Origin: Thermoplasmata archaeon
Lineage (GTDB): Archaea > Thermoplasmatota > Thermoplasmata > UBA10834
DNA: 64,000 bases
Reading direction: 5' to 3'
Assembly (NCBI GenBank): GCA_041559015.1
Contig: JBFFED010000003.1
Span: 7,495 to 71,494 of the forward strand
The translations under genes were made by a program, and so were the position numbers. Shown piece after piece: positions 17,921 through 27,671 of the stretch. A model generated the notes under the pieces. It worked only from the letters and a program-made list of their open reading frames with translations, had not been told where the DNA came from and made no database searches. The first letter of the stretch is position 1. Every line of letters begins with the position of its first letter.

Positions 17921-19132
17921 TCAGAAACCTATCTTGTGTCCTCCCCGTTTTAGTATCCACTTGAGCACTGAGGGCGTGAAGACCGCGGTCATCAGGCCCA
18001 TGAACACAACGACCGAATAGACGTCTGGGCCGATTATCTCCTGCGACAGGCCGTAGTACGCTATGACGAGCGCTATCTCCAGCCGGGGGACCATGCCCAT
18101 GCCGACCGCAAGGGAGTCCATCTTGGACATGCCCGTGAGGTAAGCGGGTACACCGCACCCGACCACCTTCGTGGCGACAGCGACCACCGTGAGCACGATG
18201 CCGAACCAGATGGTTTCCCACATCGCCCTCACGTCGACCACCACCCCAAGCGAGACGAAGAAGATGGGCACGAACAGGGCCTCCAGGTACTGAGTGCCCT
18301 TCCGGAAGCCGTCCCTGAGCACGGAACCGGAGAACGCGGTCCCCGCGACGAACGCGCCCACTATCGCGGAGATGCCCAGGACCTCGGCGACGTTGGCGTA
18401 GAGGAAAGCTATCGCGAGGGCGAGCACGAACCCGCTCAGCGGCATCTTACGTCTGTAGCCGGATATCTGAACGTTGAAGACGAGCTTCGCTAAGAAGTGC
18501 GAGCCCAACCAGCCCCCGACGACGACGAACAGCGTCGCGATGAGGACGAGGTAGGCAATCTCTGGGACATCTATCCCGCCCGAGGTGCGCCCCGAAATCG
18601 CCAGCACGACCATGCCCAGAATGTCGTCCACGACGGCCGCGCCGACTATAGCGTACGTGACCTGTGTCCCCACCAGCCCTATCTCATTGAGCACGCTCGC
18701 GGTCACGGCGACGCTCGTCGCGACCAGGGTGGCGCCTATGAACACCGCGTCCGCCCCGTAGCCGAACAGGTGCGCGATCATGAACCCGCCGCCCCAGGGG
18801 ATGAGCACGCCCCCGATGGCGATCGCTATCGACCGGCGGGTGTATATCTCCTTGAGGTCGCACTCCAGCCCGATCATGAATAGGAGGACTATAGCCCCCA
18901 GCTGCGCCAGGAACTCGAGCGTCTCTGGGAAGCCCTCGCCGTCCGGCTCGGACATCCCTATGATCCCGAAGTATCCAAGGAGCACCCCGATGACTATGTA
19001 GGCGAGGACCTTGGGCTGGCCGAACCTGCTGAAAATGAAGCTGGCGAAGAGCGCGATGACTAGGAGGAATGTGAGCTCGAACCAGACCTCTTCGAGCAGT
19101 TGGTCCAGGAAACCTGAGAGGTCGATGGCCAT
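17921..19132 (-). CDS. Cation:proton antiporter (CPA2/Kef-type Na+/H+ exchanger family)
   Basis: 403 aa and polytopic. The N-terminus LVIALFASFIFSRFGQPKVLAYIVIGVLLG is typical of the Na_H_Exchanger family. Confidence 0.85.
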   Translation of the reverse strand: MAIDLSGFLDQLLEEVWFELTFLLVIALFASFIFSRFGQPKVLAYIVIGVLLGYFGIIGMSEPDGEGFPETLEFLAQLGAIVLLFMIGLECDLKEIYTRRSIAIAIGGVLIPWGGGFMIAHLFGYGADAVFIGATLVATSVAVTASVLNEIGLVGTQVTYAIVGAAVVDDILGMVVLAISGRTSGGIDVPEIAYLVLIATLFVVVGGWLGSHFLAKLVFNVQISGYRRKMPLSGFVLALAIAFLYANVAEVLGISAIVGAFVAGTAFSGSVLRDGFRKGTQYLEALFVPIFFVSLGVVVDVRAMWETIWFGIVLTVVAVATKVVGCGVPAYLTGMSKMDSLAVGMGMVPRLEIALVIAYYGLSQEIIGPDVYSVVVFMGLMTAVFTPSVLKWILKRGGHKIGF

Positions 19133-19188
19133 CGCGTATCGGCCAATGGATGCGTCTGGCGCATTTATTTGTTTCTGAGCCTCGAATC

Positions 19189-22100
19189 TCAGAGACCGTA
19201 CGCCCTTGCCCTCACCACCCAGAAGTCTATCCGGTCACCCGTGTTCTTGCTCAACAGGCCCTTCGCGAACTCCCGCGGGACGCCTTCGAGGTAGAGTCCG
19301 AACTCGACGGACCAGCTCCCCCAGCTCTTCCCCGCGACCTTTCCCAGGGCGGGTATGTTCGGGGATATCGCGGCCGCGCAGGTATACTTCACGTCCAGGG
19401 GCCCCACCGCTCCTATGACCCTCATCATCCTCGGGAGACCAACCTCGAACAACAGCTCGCACCGTATGAACAGCCCAGAGAACACGCTCGTGGGGAATGG
19501 TGGATAGGCGACCGGGTTGTTCGCCCGGCCAAGATTGACCATGAAAGTCGCGAGATTGAATATCAGCCACCTGAGGAGGTCCACGATCGCCTCCCCCGTC
19601 ACGACAAAGGACGCCCTGAACCCCACACCCCCTGAGCCTGTGGGGTCCGAGACGACCACCTTGATGAAGAATATGACCTCGTGGACGATCTCCTTCACGA
19701 GCGACAGCAGGTTCTCGATGAGGTTGTTGAGCACGCGCTTCGCGAACACGGCTAGGAAGTCAAGCGAGGCCGACACCTCGTGCAGCTGTGTCTCCAGGAA
19801 CGCTTGATTGAACGCCTGGAAGAGGGCCTTCGCGATGAAGTCCGCACTCGCCAGGAGCACGGGCGGCCCGTTGGAGAGGCCTCTGCTGCCTGCCTCGAAG
19901 GCCCACCTGGGGCCTCCGTCCCATGTGCGCTGCCAAGTGCGTTCGTCGTTTGCGCTGTCCCTGCACACGGGGGTCCTGTCGACCAGACCGCCCCCCGCGT
20001 CGAATAGCTCTATCGCGTCCCCATCGTTGAACGGGTCGTCGGGGACTCCGTTGTCTATCGAAGTCTCCGGGAACGTGAACACAATAACCCCGTTCGCAGG
20101 TATCGTCCCGGATACGTCCATCTCCTTCTGCACTCCGTGGACGGTCGCCAGGCGCCACCCATCGACGCACCTCGGCGCGTCAAGCGGGTTGTAGAGCTCC
20201 ACCCATTCCCTGCCGCTGTCCTCGCCCGTCGGATTGGACTCGAACTCGTTGACCACGACGTCCGTCGGGAAGGGCGGGGAGTACTTCAGGCGCAGCCCAG
20301 CCTCGACAGAGGCAGACAGCCCTAGCACTGGTATGGGTATGTTCGAGAGCAGCGCGCCGATGCCCGGCAGGTCAGCCGTGCTGACCTCGGCGACGTCGTA
20401 CGGTTCGACTTCCGGGACCATGACGTCCATGCCCCAGGTCCTCCCAACGCAGTGCACCTCCACGAACCTGCGCATTATGCACATCAGAGGGTCGACACGT
20501 ACCTCCACCCTTGTGTCTCCGTGCGTGATCGTCCCGTTCGCGAGCACGTCCCAGCTGCCGTCGCTGAGCCTCGCGACGCAGATACCGAAGGATATGCTGG
20601 GGCCCAGCCGGTCCGTGCACACGGTCACCCGGAGCATGTCGTCCCCGTTGCGGTAGATGAGGTCTGGGACATAGGTCTGGATGATTATCGTGAACCCGTA
20701 GAGCGTCATTCTCAGGGTGACCCGCCCCGTGAGATCGATGAATGTCATCACCGCCTTCGCGAGGGCGGAGTTGGCTATCTTCTGGACGTACTCCTGGAGG
20801 GTCTCGACGACCGTCTGCATCACGCTCGAGACGGCCTTGACGACTCGGACTGCGAAGCTCGCAAGGGTGTCCGAGAGCTCCATCACGAACCGCAGCACGC
20901 GCTCGAAACCGTCCTTCACCCATCCGAAAACGGGCTCCAGCTTGTCCCAGACTATCTCGCAGAACTTCGTGGCGGCGGCCACGGCGTCCGAGGCTATCGT
21001 GTTGGACGGGTTGTACTCAACCCCGCTGAGCGGCCACGATGTGTGCACAAGGACCGGGAAGGTGAGCGCGACCTTGACCCGCCTCAGAGAGGAGGCGTCC
21101 TCTCCGCACATCGACTGGAGAACCGAGTTCCTCGATGTCAGCTCGACATCAAGCTGGCAGAGCACAGACACCGTCCACTGGGTCGCGAACGGCGTCAGAT
21201 TGACGCTCCCCAGGGAGGTCATGTGCGTGTTCGGGTATGCCTGGTCGTCTCTGTCGAAGTCCCACGGGCGCCTGACCTGAACCAGCATGTCGCCTGTCGG
21301 GAAGAACGGCTCGAGGGAGGACTGCCCAAGGGAAGGATCGTACTGCACTGTCCGGAGCCCTGGGAACCCGCCGGGGATCACGACCTCCACCTCCTCCCGC
21401 AGCAGCGTGTCCGAGAACTCGGCGGCCTCCCTGTCTCCGTCCCAGAACTCGAACTCAGCGCCGAGGTCGACCATGACAGAGCCCTTGAAGGCCGACATGT
21501 GCTTCTGGCTCAGGATACTCCTAGACAGCCCGCCCATGAGCTCCTCGATGGCTTCCGTCATGCCGGGGAACCCCTCCGCGCCAGACAACAGCACGGCCGC
21601 GACCGAGTCGACAAGAGGCCCTGCGAAACCGTCATCGGACATGCAGACCGCTTCCCCCACCAATGTCCTGAGCCTCAGCAGTTGTATGGAGCAGAGCTGC
21701 ACAAGGCCGGAGTAGACATATGAGCAGACGCCCCAGGACTCGTCATTCTCCACATCGGAGAGGAGTATGCTCTCTAGCTGCTGCCGCACGGGCACGGCCA
21801 AGTCGGGGATGTACGCGTACCGAGCGGTGTCGAGGACGGACTCCACCACATTCAAGCAGGCCGACCTGAACAGGCCCGATGTGTCCGCAAGGTCCTCCAA
21901 GCGGTCGCTGACGAACGCGGAGAGCCTACTCGCGAACTCGTGTTCCGCGCTGAACATAGGTAGAGTGCTCCAAGTCTCCGAGAGGGCGGCGTAGTCGAAG
22001 CTCAGCTCAGCGTCGCCCGTATGCGATGCGATGGACTCGAACAGCCCCTGCCCGTCTGCCGGGTCCACGGAAGTGTTCCCCAGGTCCAGCTCCACCGCGG

Positions 22101-23619
22101 TCGCGAGGTCCTGCGCGAGCCTGGCTAGGCTGTCGGAGACGAGCGATGTGAAGCTGGCCTGGCATTCCTTGAAGTCGGGATAGAGGTCCGCCCACGCCTC
22201 CGAGGACAGGAGGTCGTATACGGGCAGGTCGACCCCAACGCTTGCGTTCCCGACCCAGACGGGATGCAGGTCGCCGGCGGCGTCCTCGACGAAATACTGC
22301 CTCTCTGGGACTGAAATCACGTAGTCGCACTCGTTCGAGAACAGGCACGAGAACGCATATCTGTCAACGCCAGAAGCCGAGAGCGTCCGGGCGACCCAGG
22401 AGGTCACCGCGGAGTGCGCCTTGTCCTCACCCGTGAAGAGGCTCACGACGCTTTCCAGCGCGTCGACGCACATGTCGAGCACATCCTTGATGGCGTCCAA
22501 TGTGCCGAGCCAGCCCAGGTACTCCATCATCCGTACTATGAGCTGGTCCCCGAGGGCGTAGACCGACTGCGCAGCCACGGATTTGGCGTCGATATCGATT
22601 TCGGTCATGCCAAGGAACCACAGGAACAGCTCCGCGGGGTCCAACGACCGCGGCCTCTCAGCGCCCAGGGCCGCCAAGCCCAGCGACCCGCCCCCGCAGG
22701 ACCCGGCGACCTCGTACATGAAAGGCTCGTCGATATCCCTGAACAGCCGCGCCTGCTCGAGGAGAAGCCCGACCCCCACCGCCCTGTGGACATCCTGCTC
22801 GGTGAGCATCATCTCGGTCGAAAGCCCCGGCGGAGGCGTCGGCTGGCCATACCCTTCCAGGGCGCGAAGCTGAGCGAGCGTGGTGAGCATGTAGGCGACC
22901 ATCCTCCCGAGGTCGGAGAACTCCCCATCCGCGGAGGACTCGAACACCCTCAGCTTCGATTCGAGGAACGGTAGGGCGGATATCACCGGCCTCTGGAACG
23001 ACGACTGCCGGGAGAGCGAGACATCGCTCACGGATACCGTCACCGAGAAATTCCCGACTGCGACATAGTAGGGATTCACTGAGAACACGCCGAGGGCGTC
23101 GTCCGAAGGGGATTGCAGGTCCTGGTAGTCCATGACCTCTCCGTCACAGGTCAGCTCACTGGTACGCGATGAGTCCGAGATCATGATGTCCGAGGTGCTC
23201 CTCTCGACGAAGAACAGGCCGCCGGTCCAGTTGGTGACGCAGGAGGAGTATCTGGGATCCCTCCTCGGGAACGAGGACGAGATGTACGAGTGCATGCTGT
23301 CGGAGAACGCCTCGGAGATGGCGCTCTGGTTCACCGGGAACTCGTCCCAACCTGACATCGTCTCCCTGGCCCGCCCCACCGCGCACAGGCTGAGCTCCGC
23401 GGCGATGTCTGATATGGCCTTCTCCATCGAGTCGAGCATCTGCTGCATTCGGGAGTCCTCGTACTTGTCTACCTGCTGTTTCGCTATGAACGTGCCCGCT
23501 GCAGCCGACGCGACAAGAAGCACGACCGCTATCACGGAGAACGAGACCTGTCCGGATGCGTCCTCCGCGAGCCCGCCGACGCGACGCATGATTGATGAGC
23601 CGCCCTCGAACATGACCAT
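19189..23619 (-). CDS. Giant (~1476-1503 aa) hypothetical membrane-anchored protein with an embedded lamin-tail domain
   Basis: One uninterrupted 4.5-kb ORF. Candidate starts are ATG 23619, 23613 and 23589 (ORF-track start 23700). It has one N-terminal hydrophobic helix (GQVSFSVIAVVLLVASAAAGTFIA) and an LTD near residue ~1150. The rest is unrecognised. Confidence 0.8.
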   Translation of the reverse strand: MVMFEGGSSIMRRVGGLAEDASGQVSFSVIAVVLLVASAAAGTFIAKQQVDKYEDSRMQQMLDSMEKAISDIAAELSLCAVGRARETMSGWDEFPVNQSAISEAFSDSMHSYISSSFPRRDPRYSSCVTNWTGGLFFVERSTSDIMISDSSRTSELTCDGEVMDYQDLQSPSDDALGVFSVNPYYVAVGNFSVTVSVSDVSLSRQSSFQRPVISALPFLESKLRVFESSADGEFSDLGRMVAYMLTTLAQLRALEGYGQPTPPPGLSTEMMLTEQDVHRAVGVGLLLEQARLFRDIDEPFMYEVAGSCGGGSLGLAALGAERPRSLDPAELFLWFLGMTEIDIDAKSVAAQSVYALGDQLIVRMMEYLGWLGTLDAIKDVLDMCVDALESVVSLFTGEDKAHSAVTSWVARTLSASGVDRYAFSCLFSNECDYVISVPERQYFVEDAAGDLHPVWVGNASVGVDLPVYDLLSSEAWADLYPDFKECQASFTSLVSDSLARLAQDLATAVELDLGNTSVDPADGQGLFESIASHTGDAELSFDYAALSETWSTLPMFSAEHEFASRLSAFVSDRLEDLADTSGLFRSACLNVVESVLDTARYAYIPDLAVPVRQQLESILLSDVENDESWGVCSYVYSGLVQLCSIQLLRLRTLVGEAVCMSDDGFAGPLVDSVAAVLLSGAEGFPGMTEAIEELMGGLSRSILSQKHMSAFKGSVMVDLGAEFEFWDGDREAAEFSDTLLREEVEVVIPGGFPGLRTVQYDPSLGQSSLEPFFPTGDMLVQVRRPWDFDRDDQAYPNTHMTSLGSVNLTPFATQWTVSVLCQLDVELTSRNSVLQSMCGEDASSLRRVKVALTFPVLVHTSWPLSGVEYNPSNTIASDAVAAATKFCEIVWDKLEPVFGWVKDGFERVLRFVMELSDTLASFAVRVVKAVSSVMQTVVETLQEYVQKIANSALAKAVMTFIDLTGRVTLRMTLYGFTIIIQTYVPDLIYRNGDDMLRVTVCTDRLGPSISFGICVARLSDGSWDVLANGTITHGDTRVEVRVDPLMCIMRRFVEVHCVGRTWGMDVMVPEVEPYDVAEVSTADLPGIGALLSNIPIPVLGLSASVEAGLRLKYSPPFPTDVVVNEFESNPTGEDSGREWVELYNPLDAPRCVDGWRLATVHGVQKEMDVSGTIPANGVIVFTFPETSIDNGVPDDPFNDGDAIELFDAGGGLVDRTPVCRDSANDERTWQRTWDGGPRWAFEAGSRGLSNGPPVLLASADFIAKALFQAFNQAFLETQLHEVSASLDFLAVFAKRVLNNLIENLLSLVKEIVHEVIFFIKVVVSDPTGSGGVGFRASFVVTGEAIVDLLRWLIFNLATFMVNLGRANNPVAYPPFPTSVFSGLFIRCELLFEVGLPRMMRVIGAVGPLDVKYTCAAAISPNIPALGKVAGKSWGSWSVEFGLYLEGVPREFAKGLLSKNTGDRIDFWVVRARAYGL
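19890..20265 (-). other. Lamin-tail domain (LTD) inside the giant ORF
   Basis: VVVNEFESNPTGEDSGREWVELYNPLDAPRCVDGWRLATVHG...GVIVFTF follows the LTD pattern (NE...NP.G.D...EWVELYN......GW.L). Confidence 0.65.
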
Positions 23620-23806
23620 CCCGGCGGACGAATGCGGGGTGGCGCCTAATGGGTTGCAGCTACATGCAGTGTACGGGGCATGCCACACGCAGATGCGCAC
23701 ACGTTACGCATGGGCCCGTGCGTGGCCATGACGACAAGGGATGTCTGTCATGGGCTGTAGAAATCATTTTAGGCAGAATTCGCGTTAAACCCCTCGGGAT
23801 GCACTC

Positions 23807-25087
23807 TTGGATCAGGGCTTGTTAGGCATAGCGATATTCGCGGTCGTCTATGTCGCTATGGTCTTCGACCTCGTCGACAGGACCGTCGCGGTGCTCTTCG
23901 GGGCCCTTACGATGGTCGGCCTCGGCATCCTGGGCGAGAGGGAGGTCATACAGTACATACACTGGGAGGCCCTGGGGCTCATATTCGGCATGTTCGTCCT
24001 GGTCGCCGCGATGAAGGACAGCGGATTCTTCAGGTGGATAGGGCTCCACGCGCTGCAGGCGACCAAGTTCGAGACCCTCAGGGTATTCATTGTGTTCTGT
24101 GCGCTCTCAGCGTTCCTCGCGGCGTTCATGGACAGCATCACGGTGATGGTCTTCATGGCGTCGCTCACCATCGAGGTGTGCGTGATCCTCCGCGTTCAGC
24201 CAATGCCCTTCCTGATAGCGGAGATATGCTCGGCCAACATAGGAGGCAGCGCGACCATGGTCGGCGACCCGCCCAACGTGATCATCGGGACGGCGCTGAA
24301 CCTGACATTCTCCGACTTCGCGAGGAACACTGGGCCCATCGCGATGATCGCCTTCGCTGTGAACATAATCGTTTTCGGGATCATCTACGAGAAGCTCCTG
24401 AACAGGAAGCACCACGATGTGAAGGCGATCATGGAGGAGCACAAGGACCTCGACCCGTTCAGCGCGATCCAGGACCTCAAGCTCATGAGAATCTCGCTCA
24501 TGGTGTTCATATTCACAGTGACGCTCCTGATAATGCACAGCGTCATAGACATGCTGGTAGCGTACGCGGCCATCCTGGGTGCGACGCTAGTGCTCTTCCT
24601 TGGCGGACGCAGGATGGACCACCTCGTCGACAAGATAGACTGGCACACGATAGTCTTCCTGGGAGGGCTGTTCGTCATGGTTGGCGGGCTGGAGAGCAGC
24701 GGGGTGTTGTCCGACTTCGCGCACACGCTCGTCGACATCACAGGGGACGGGGTCGTCCTCGTGACCATAATGATCCTGTGGGTGGCGATGCTCCTGTCCG
24801 CCCTCCTCGACAACGTGGCGCTCTCTGCCGCGATGATACCGGTCATTCAGACCATCTCCACCGATACAGGGATACCTCTCAAGTCGCTTGCCTATACGCT
24901 CGCCCTCGGATGCGACATCGGCGGCAATGCGACCCCGATAGGCGCCTCCGCGAACGTGGTCGGCCTGGCGGTGGCCGAGAAGCACGGCATCAAGTTCTCG
25001 TGGCTCCAGTACTGCAAGGTCGCGATACCAGCGACCATAGTCACGATGATAGTCGTGAACGTGCTCGTATTCTTGCTGATAGTCTAG
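23807..25087 (+). CDS. ArsB/NhaD-superfamily (CitMHS-like) ion transporter permease
   Basis: 426 aa and polytopic. The N-terminus IAIFAVVYVAMVFDLVDRTVAVLFGA, with ...GGSATMVGDPPN and GGNATPIGASAN repeats, is typical of this superfamily. Confidence 0.78.
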   Translation: MDQGLLGIAIFAVVYVAMVFDLVDRTVAVLFGALTMVGLGILGEREVIQYIHWEALGLIFGMFVLVAAMKDSGFFRWIGLHALQATKFETLRVFIVFCALSAFLAAFMDSITVMVFMASLTIEVCVILRVQPMPFLIAEICSANIGGSATMVGDPPNVIIGTALNLTFSDFARNTGPIAMIAFAVNIIVFGIIYEKLLNRKHHDVKAIMEEHKDLDPFSAIQDLKLMRISLMVFIFTVTLLIMHSVIDMLVAYAAILGATLVLFLGGRRMDHLVDKIDWHTIVFLGGLFVMVGGLESSGVLSDFAHTLVDITGDGVVLVTIMILWVAMLLSALLDNVALSAAMIPVIQTISTDTGIPLKSLAYTLALGCDIGGNATPIGASANVVGLAVAEKHGIKFSWLQYCKVAIPATIVTMIVVNVLVFLLIV

Positions 25088-25097
25088 ACCGCAGGGA

Positions 25098-25844
25098 CTA
25101 GTCGCTGCTCTCGGCCATGATGTCGAGGAAGTTCTCCAGGTGTCTCGAGAGCGTCTCGTTGTCCGTGTACCCGCACGCTGACAGGTCAGGGGCAGCTATG
25201 AGCGCGGTCTTCCCGTCCGCGATCACATCGGTGGCTATGAGCCCCTTGCGCCTGATGACCTTGCAGCCCTTCGGGGCCTTGACGAACGGGCTCGTGATGA
25301 CTGTCACCTTGACCCCCCTAGAGACGGCGTTCGTGAGCTGCCTCCTCAGACGCCTCGCGAGCACAGAGACGGATGGGGAGGACATAGCGAGGCTATGTTC
25401 AGAATGGTCGAGCATCTCCCCGACCTTCTCCACGACCCGGTCCCTACCCAGGATCGTGAACACGAGCTGGGGGACGCCCCTCTCGGACAGGATGTCTTTC
25501 ACCTTCGCTATCCTGCCGAAGGCATCGTCGACCCGCGCCATGAGCGCCTTGCCCATTTCGTCAGGGTCAACCGCGGAGAATGTCCTGGGCCTTCCGGGCT
25601 TCGACCTGACGAACCCCTTGGCCTCGAGGCTCAGCATGACCTTGTAGGCCGAAGTCCGTGGAATCTGTGAAATCTCAGCTACAATATTAGCCCGACTCGT
25701 GCCCAAGGCCACGAGGGCGACGTACGCCCTTGCCTCGTAATCGGTCAGCCCCAGCCCCTGGAGCGTTCCAGACACCTCGAGATAGTCCTTGAGGAGCGAT
25801 TCCGGGTCCCCCCCGAGCGCCGAGACTGCTTTCTTCAGGTCCAT
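25098..25844 (-). CDS. TrmB-family transcriptional regulator
   Basis: The N-terminal wHTH GLTDYEARAYVALVALGTSRANIVAEISQIPRTSAYKVMLSLEAKGFV is followed by a TrmB C-terminal-like domain. The ATG at 25844 is preferred over the TTG at 25859. Confidence 0.85.
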   Translation of the reverse strand: MDLKKAVSALGGDPESLLKDYLEVSGTLQGLGLTDYEARAYVALVALGTSRANIVAEISQIPRTSAYKVMLSLEAKGFVRSKPGRPRTFSAVDPDEMGKALMARVDDAFGRIAKVKDILSERGVPQLVFTILGRDRVVEKVGEMLDHSEHSLAMSSPSVSVLARRLRRQLTNAVSRGVKVTVITSPFVKAPKGCKVIRRKGLIATDVIADGKTALIAAPDLSACGYTDNETLSRHLENFLDIMAESSD

Positions 25845-25866
25845 ATGTAGCTGTAACAACTACATA
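25844..25866. promoter_or_regulatory. Inverted repeat at the trmB-like start
   Basis: TATGTAG-N9-CTACATA has 7-bp perfect arms and overlaps the trmB-like start codon. Confidence 0.3.
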
Positions 25867-25869
25867 AGG

Positions 25870-25892
25870 TTTAAATGATTCGCTAGATCATT
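25870..25892 (+). promoter_or_regulatory. Putative TATA box plus adjacent palindrome upstream of the Tes-like gene
   Basis: TTTAAAT (25870-25876) is overlapped by AATGAT-N7-ATCATT (25874-25892). The ATG of the radical SAM gene is at 25913. Confidence 0.3.
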
Positions 25893-25912
25893 CTCCGGCA
25901 GGGTGCGAGAAA

Positions 25913-27466
25913 ATGCTGACCAGAGAGTCCGCCGTTCCCAAGGGGCTCCCGAAGAAGACGGAGAGCCTCTGTCCAGAATGCCTTGCGATCATACCTGCGG
26001 CCATCCGAGAGGAGAATGGGAAGGTCGTCATGGAGAAGTCGTGCGAAAAGCACGGGAGCTTCAAGGACGTCGTATGGTCCGATGTGGACATGTACCTCAG
26101 GGCCGAGAAGTGGGCCAAGGACGGCGTCGGGGTCGAGAACCCATTCATCAAGGACGCCAAGGTTTGCCCGCTCGACTGCGGCCTGTGCGACCTGCACCTG
26201 AGCCATACCGGTCTCGCCAACGTCGACCTCACGAACAGGTGCAATCTCAAGTGCCCGATCTGCTTCGCCAACGCGAACGCTGCCGGATACGTGTTCGAAC
26301 CGGACTACGACACCGTGGTCAAGATGCTGAGGGCGCTGAGGGAGCAGAGGCCCGTGCCCTGTCCCGCCGTGCAGTTCTCAGGCGGGGAGCCGACGATATA
26401 TCCCAAGTTCATCGAGGTCATCAAGGCCGCCAAGGACATGGGGTTCGCACAGGTACAGGCGGCCACGAATGGGATACTTTTCGCCAAGGACATCGACTTC
26501 CTCCAGAGGACCAGCGATGCCGGGATGAACACCATCTACCTGCAGTTCGACGGGCTCAGGTCGGAGATATACGAGAGGGCGAGGGGCGTCGATCTCCTGG
26601 ACACGAAGAAGAAGGTCGTCGAGAACTGCAGGAAGGTCAAGAACCACCCGTCGATCGTGTTCGTCCCCACCATCGTCAAAGGTGTCAACGACGACCAGGT
26701 GTGGCCGATCCTGCACTACGCGCTGGAGAACATGGACGTCGTGCGTGGCGTGAACTACCAGCCCGTGGCCTTCACGGGCAGGATCAGCAGCGAGGAGCTC
26801 GAGAAGGGCAGGTACACCATTCCAGACCTCGCGAAGGACATCGAGAAGCAGTCCGGGGGCAAGATCAAGACCACTGACTGGTACCCCGTGCCCACCGTCG
26901 CCTCCGTGTCCGAGCTCTGGGTCGCGCTCTACGGAGACCCGAAGATAACCCTGACCACTCATGCGCACTGCGGCATGGCGACTTACATGTTCGTGAAGGA
27001 CCCGGACAACGTGATCCCGGTCACGAGGTTCGTGGACGTCGACGGCCTCTTCACCGAGCTGTACGAGCTCGCGAAGCGCACTTCCCCTAAGAAGATCAAG
27101 CTCATGTCCAAGGTGAAGGCGTACAGCCTCCTGAAGAAGTACCTCAGGAAGGACGGTCTCCCGGACGGCATGAGCCAGACAGATTTCCTGAGATCCCTCA
27201 AGGGCATCCTGTCAGAGGAGACCAAGAGCGAGCTCTCCAAGTTCAGCTGGAGGATGATGTACATAGGCTCGATGCACTTCATGGACTCCTACAACTACGA
27301 CATCGAGCGGGTCAAGAGGTGCATGATACACTACACGACCCCCGATGGCAGGATCATACCTTTCTGCGCCTACAACTCTGGGCCGGTCTTCAGGACCGAG
27401 GTCGAGAAGGAGTTCTCCGTCCCGATAGCCGAGTGGAGGAAGAGGCACGGCGAAGAGTACACGTGA
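25913..27466 (+). CDS. tes: Radical SAM enzyme, tetraether lipid synthase (Tes/GDGT-MAS)-like
   Basis: 517 aa. An N-terminal zinc-ribbon-like segment (CPECLAIIPA...CEKHG) and a single CX3CX2C (NRCNLKCPICF) are present. The C-terminus reads IHYTTPDGRIIPFCAYN. The gene is followed directly by a ferredoxin and geranylgeranyl reductase. The family call is from memory of the Tes architecture and synteny. Confidence 0.7.
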   Translation: MLTRESAVPKGLPKKTESLCPECLAIIPAAIREENGKVVMEKSCEKHGSFKDVVWSDVDMYLRAEKWAKDGVGVENPFIKDAKVCPLDCGLCDLHLSHTGLANVDLTNRCNLKCPICFANANAAGYVFEPDYDTVVKMLRALREQRPVPCPAVQFSGGEPTIYPKFIEVIKAAKDMGFAQVQAATNGILFAKDIDFLQRTSDAGMNTIYLQFDGLRSEIYERARGVDLLDTKKKVVENCRKVKNHPSIVFVPTIVKGVNDDQVWPILHYALENMDVVRGVNYQPVAFTGRISSEELEKGRYTIPDLAKDIEKQSGGKIKTTDWYPVPTVASVSELWVALYGDPKITLTTHAHCGMATYMFVKDPDNVIPVTRFVDVDGLFTELYELAKRTSPKKIKLMSKVKAYSLLKKYLRKDGLPDGMSQTDFLRSLKGILSEETKSELSKFSWRMMYIGSMHFMDSYNYDIERVKRCMIHYTTPDGRIIPFCAYNSGPVFRTEVEKEFSVPIAEWRKRHGEEYT

Positions 27467-27467
27467 G

Positions 27468-27671
27468 TTGATCATCATGGCCAAGGACCTGGACGATCTG
27501 GAAGTCGATGTGGCTAGGTGCATGCACTGCGGTGCCTGCGTGGGTTCGTGCCCTGTGAACGCGATATACCTTGACGAGGTTGTGCTCGACTTCAACGATA
27601 ACTGCACCGTGTGCAAGAGGTGCATCAAGGTCTGCCCTGTCGGGGCGATACGCTTGGCGGGGGAGAGATAG
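27468..27671 (+). CDS. 2x[4Fe-4S] ferredoxin (probable GGR electron donor)
   Basis: It has two CxxCxxCxxxCP motifs (CMHCGACVGSCP and CTVCKRCIKVCP). Candidate starts are the TTG at 27468 and the ATG at 27477. Its stop abuts the GGR start codon. Confidence 0.85.
   Translation: MIIMAKDLDDLEVDVARCMHCGACVGSCPVNAIYLDEVVLDFNDNCTVCKRCIKVCPVGAIRLAGER

Noticed and set aside
20452-21723. 423-aa plus-strand ORF, and several 100-190-aa ORFs, antisense or out of frame within the giant gene.
   Set aside because: They are R/H/E/P-rich with no motifs. All are nested in one uninterrupted 4.5-kb ORF on the minus strand that carries a recognisable LTD.
24034-25101. 355-aa ORF in an alternative frame of the ArsB/NhaD-like permease, and 25903..26877 (324 aa) in an alternative frame of the Tes-like gene.
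   Set aside because: Both have Arg/Gly/His-rich composition. The overlapping frames encode clearly recognisable membrane and radical SAM proteins.
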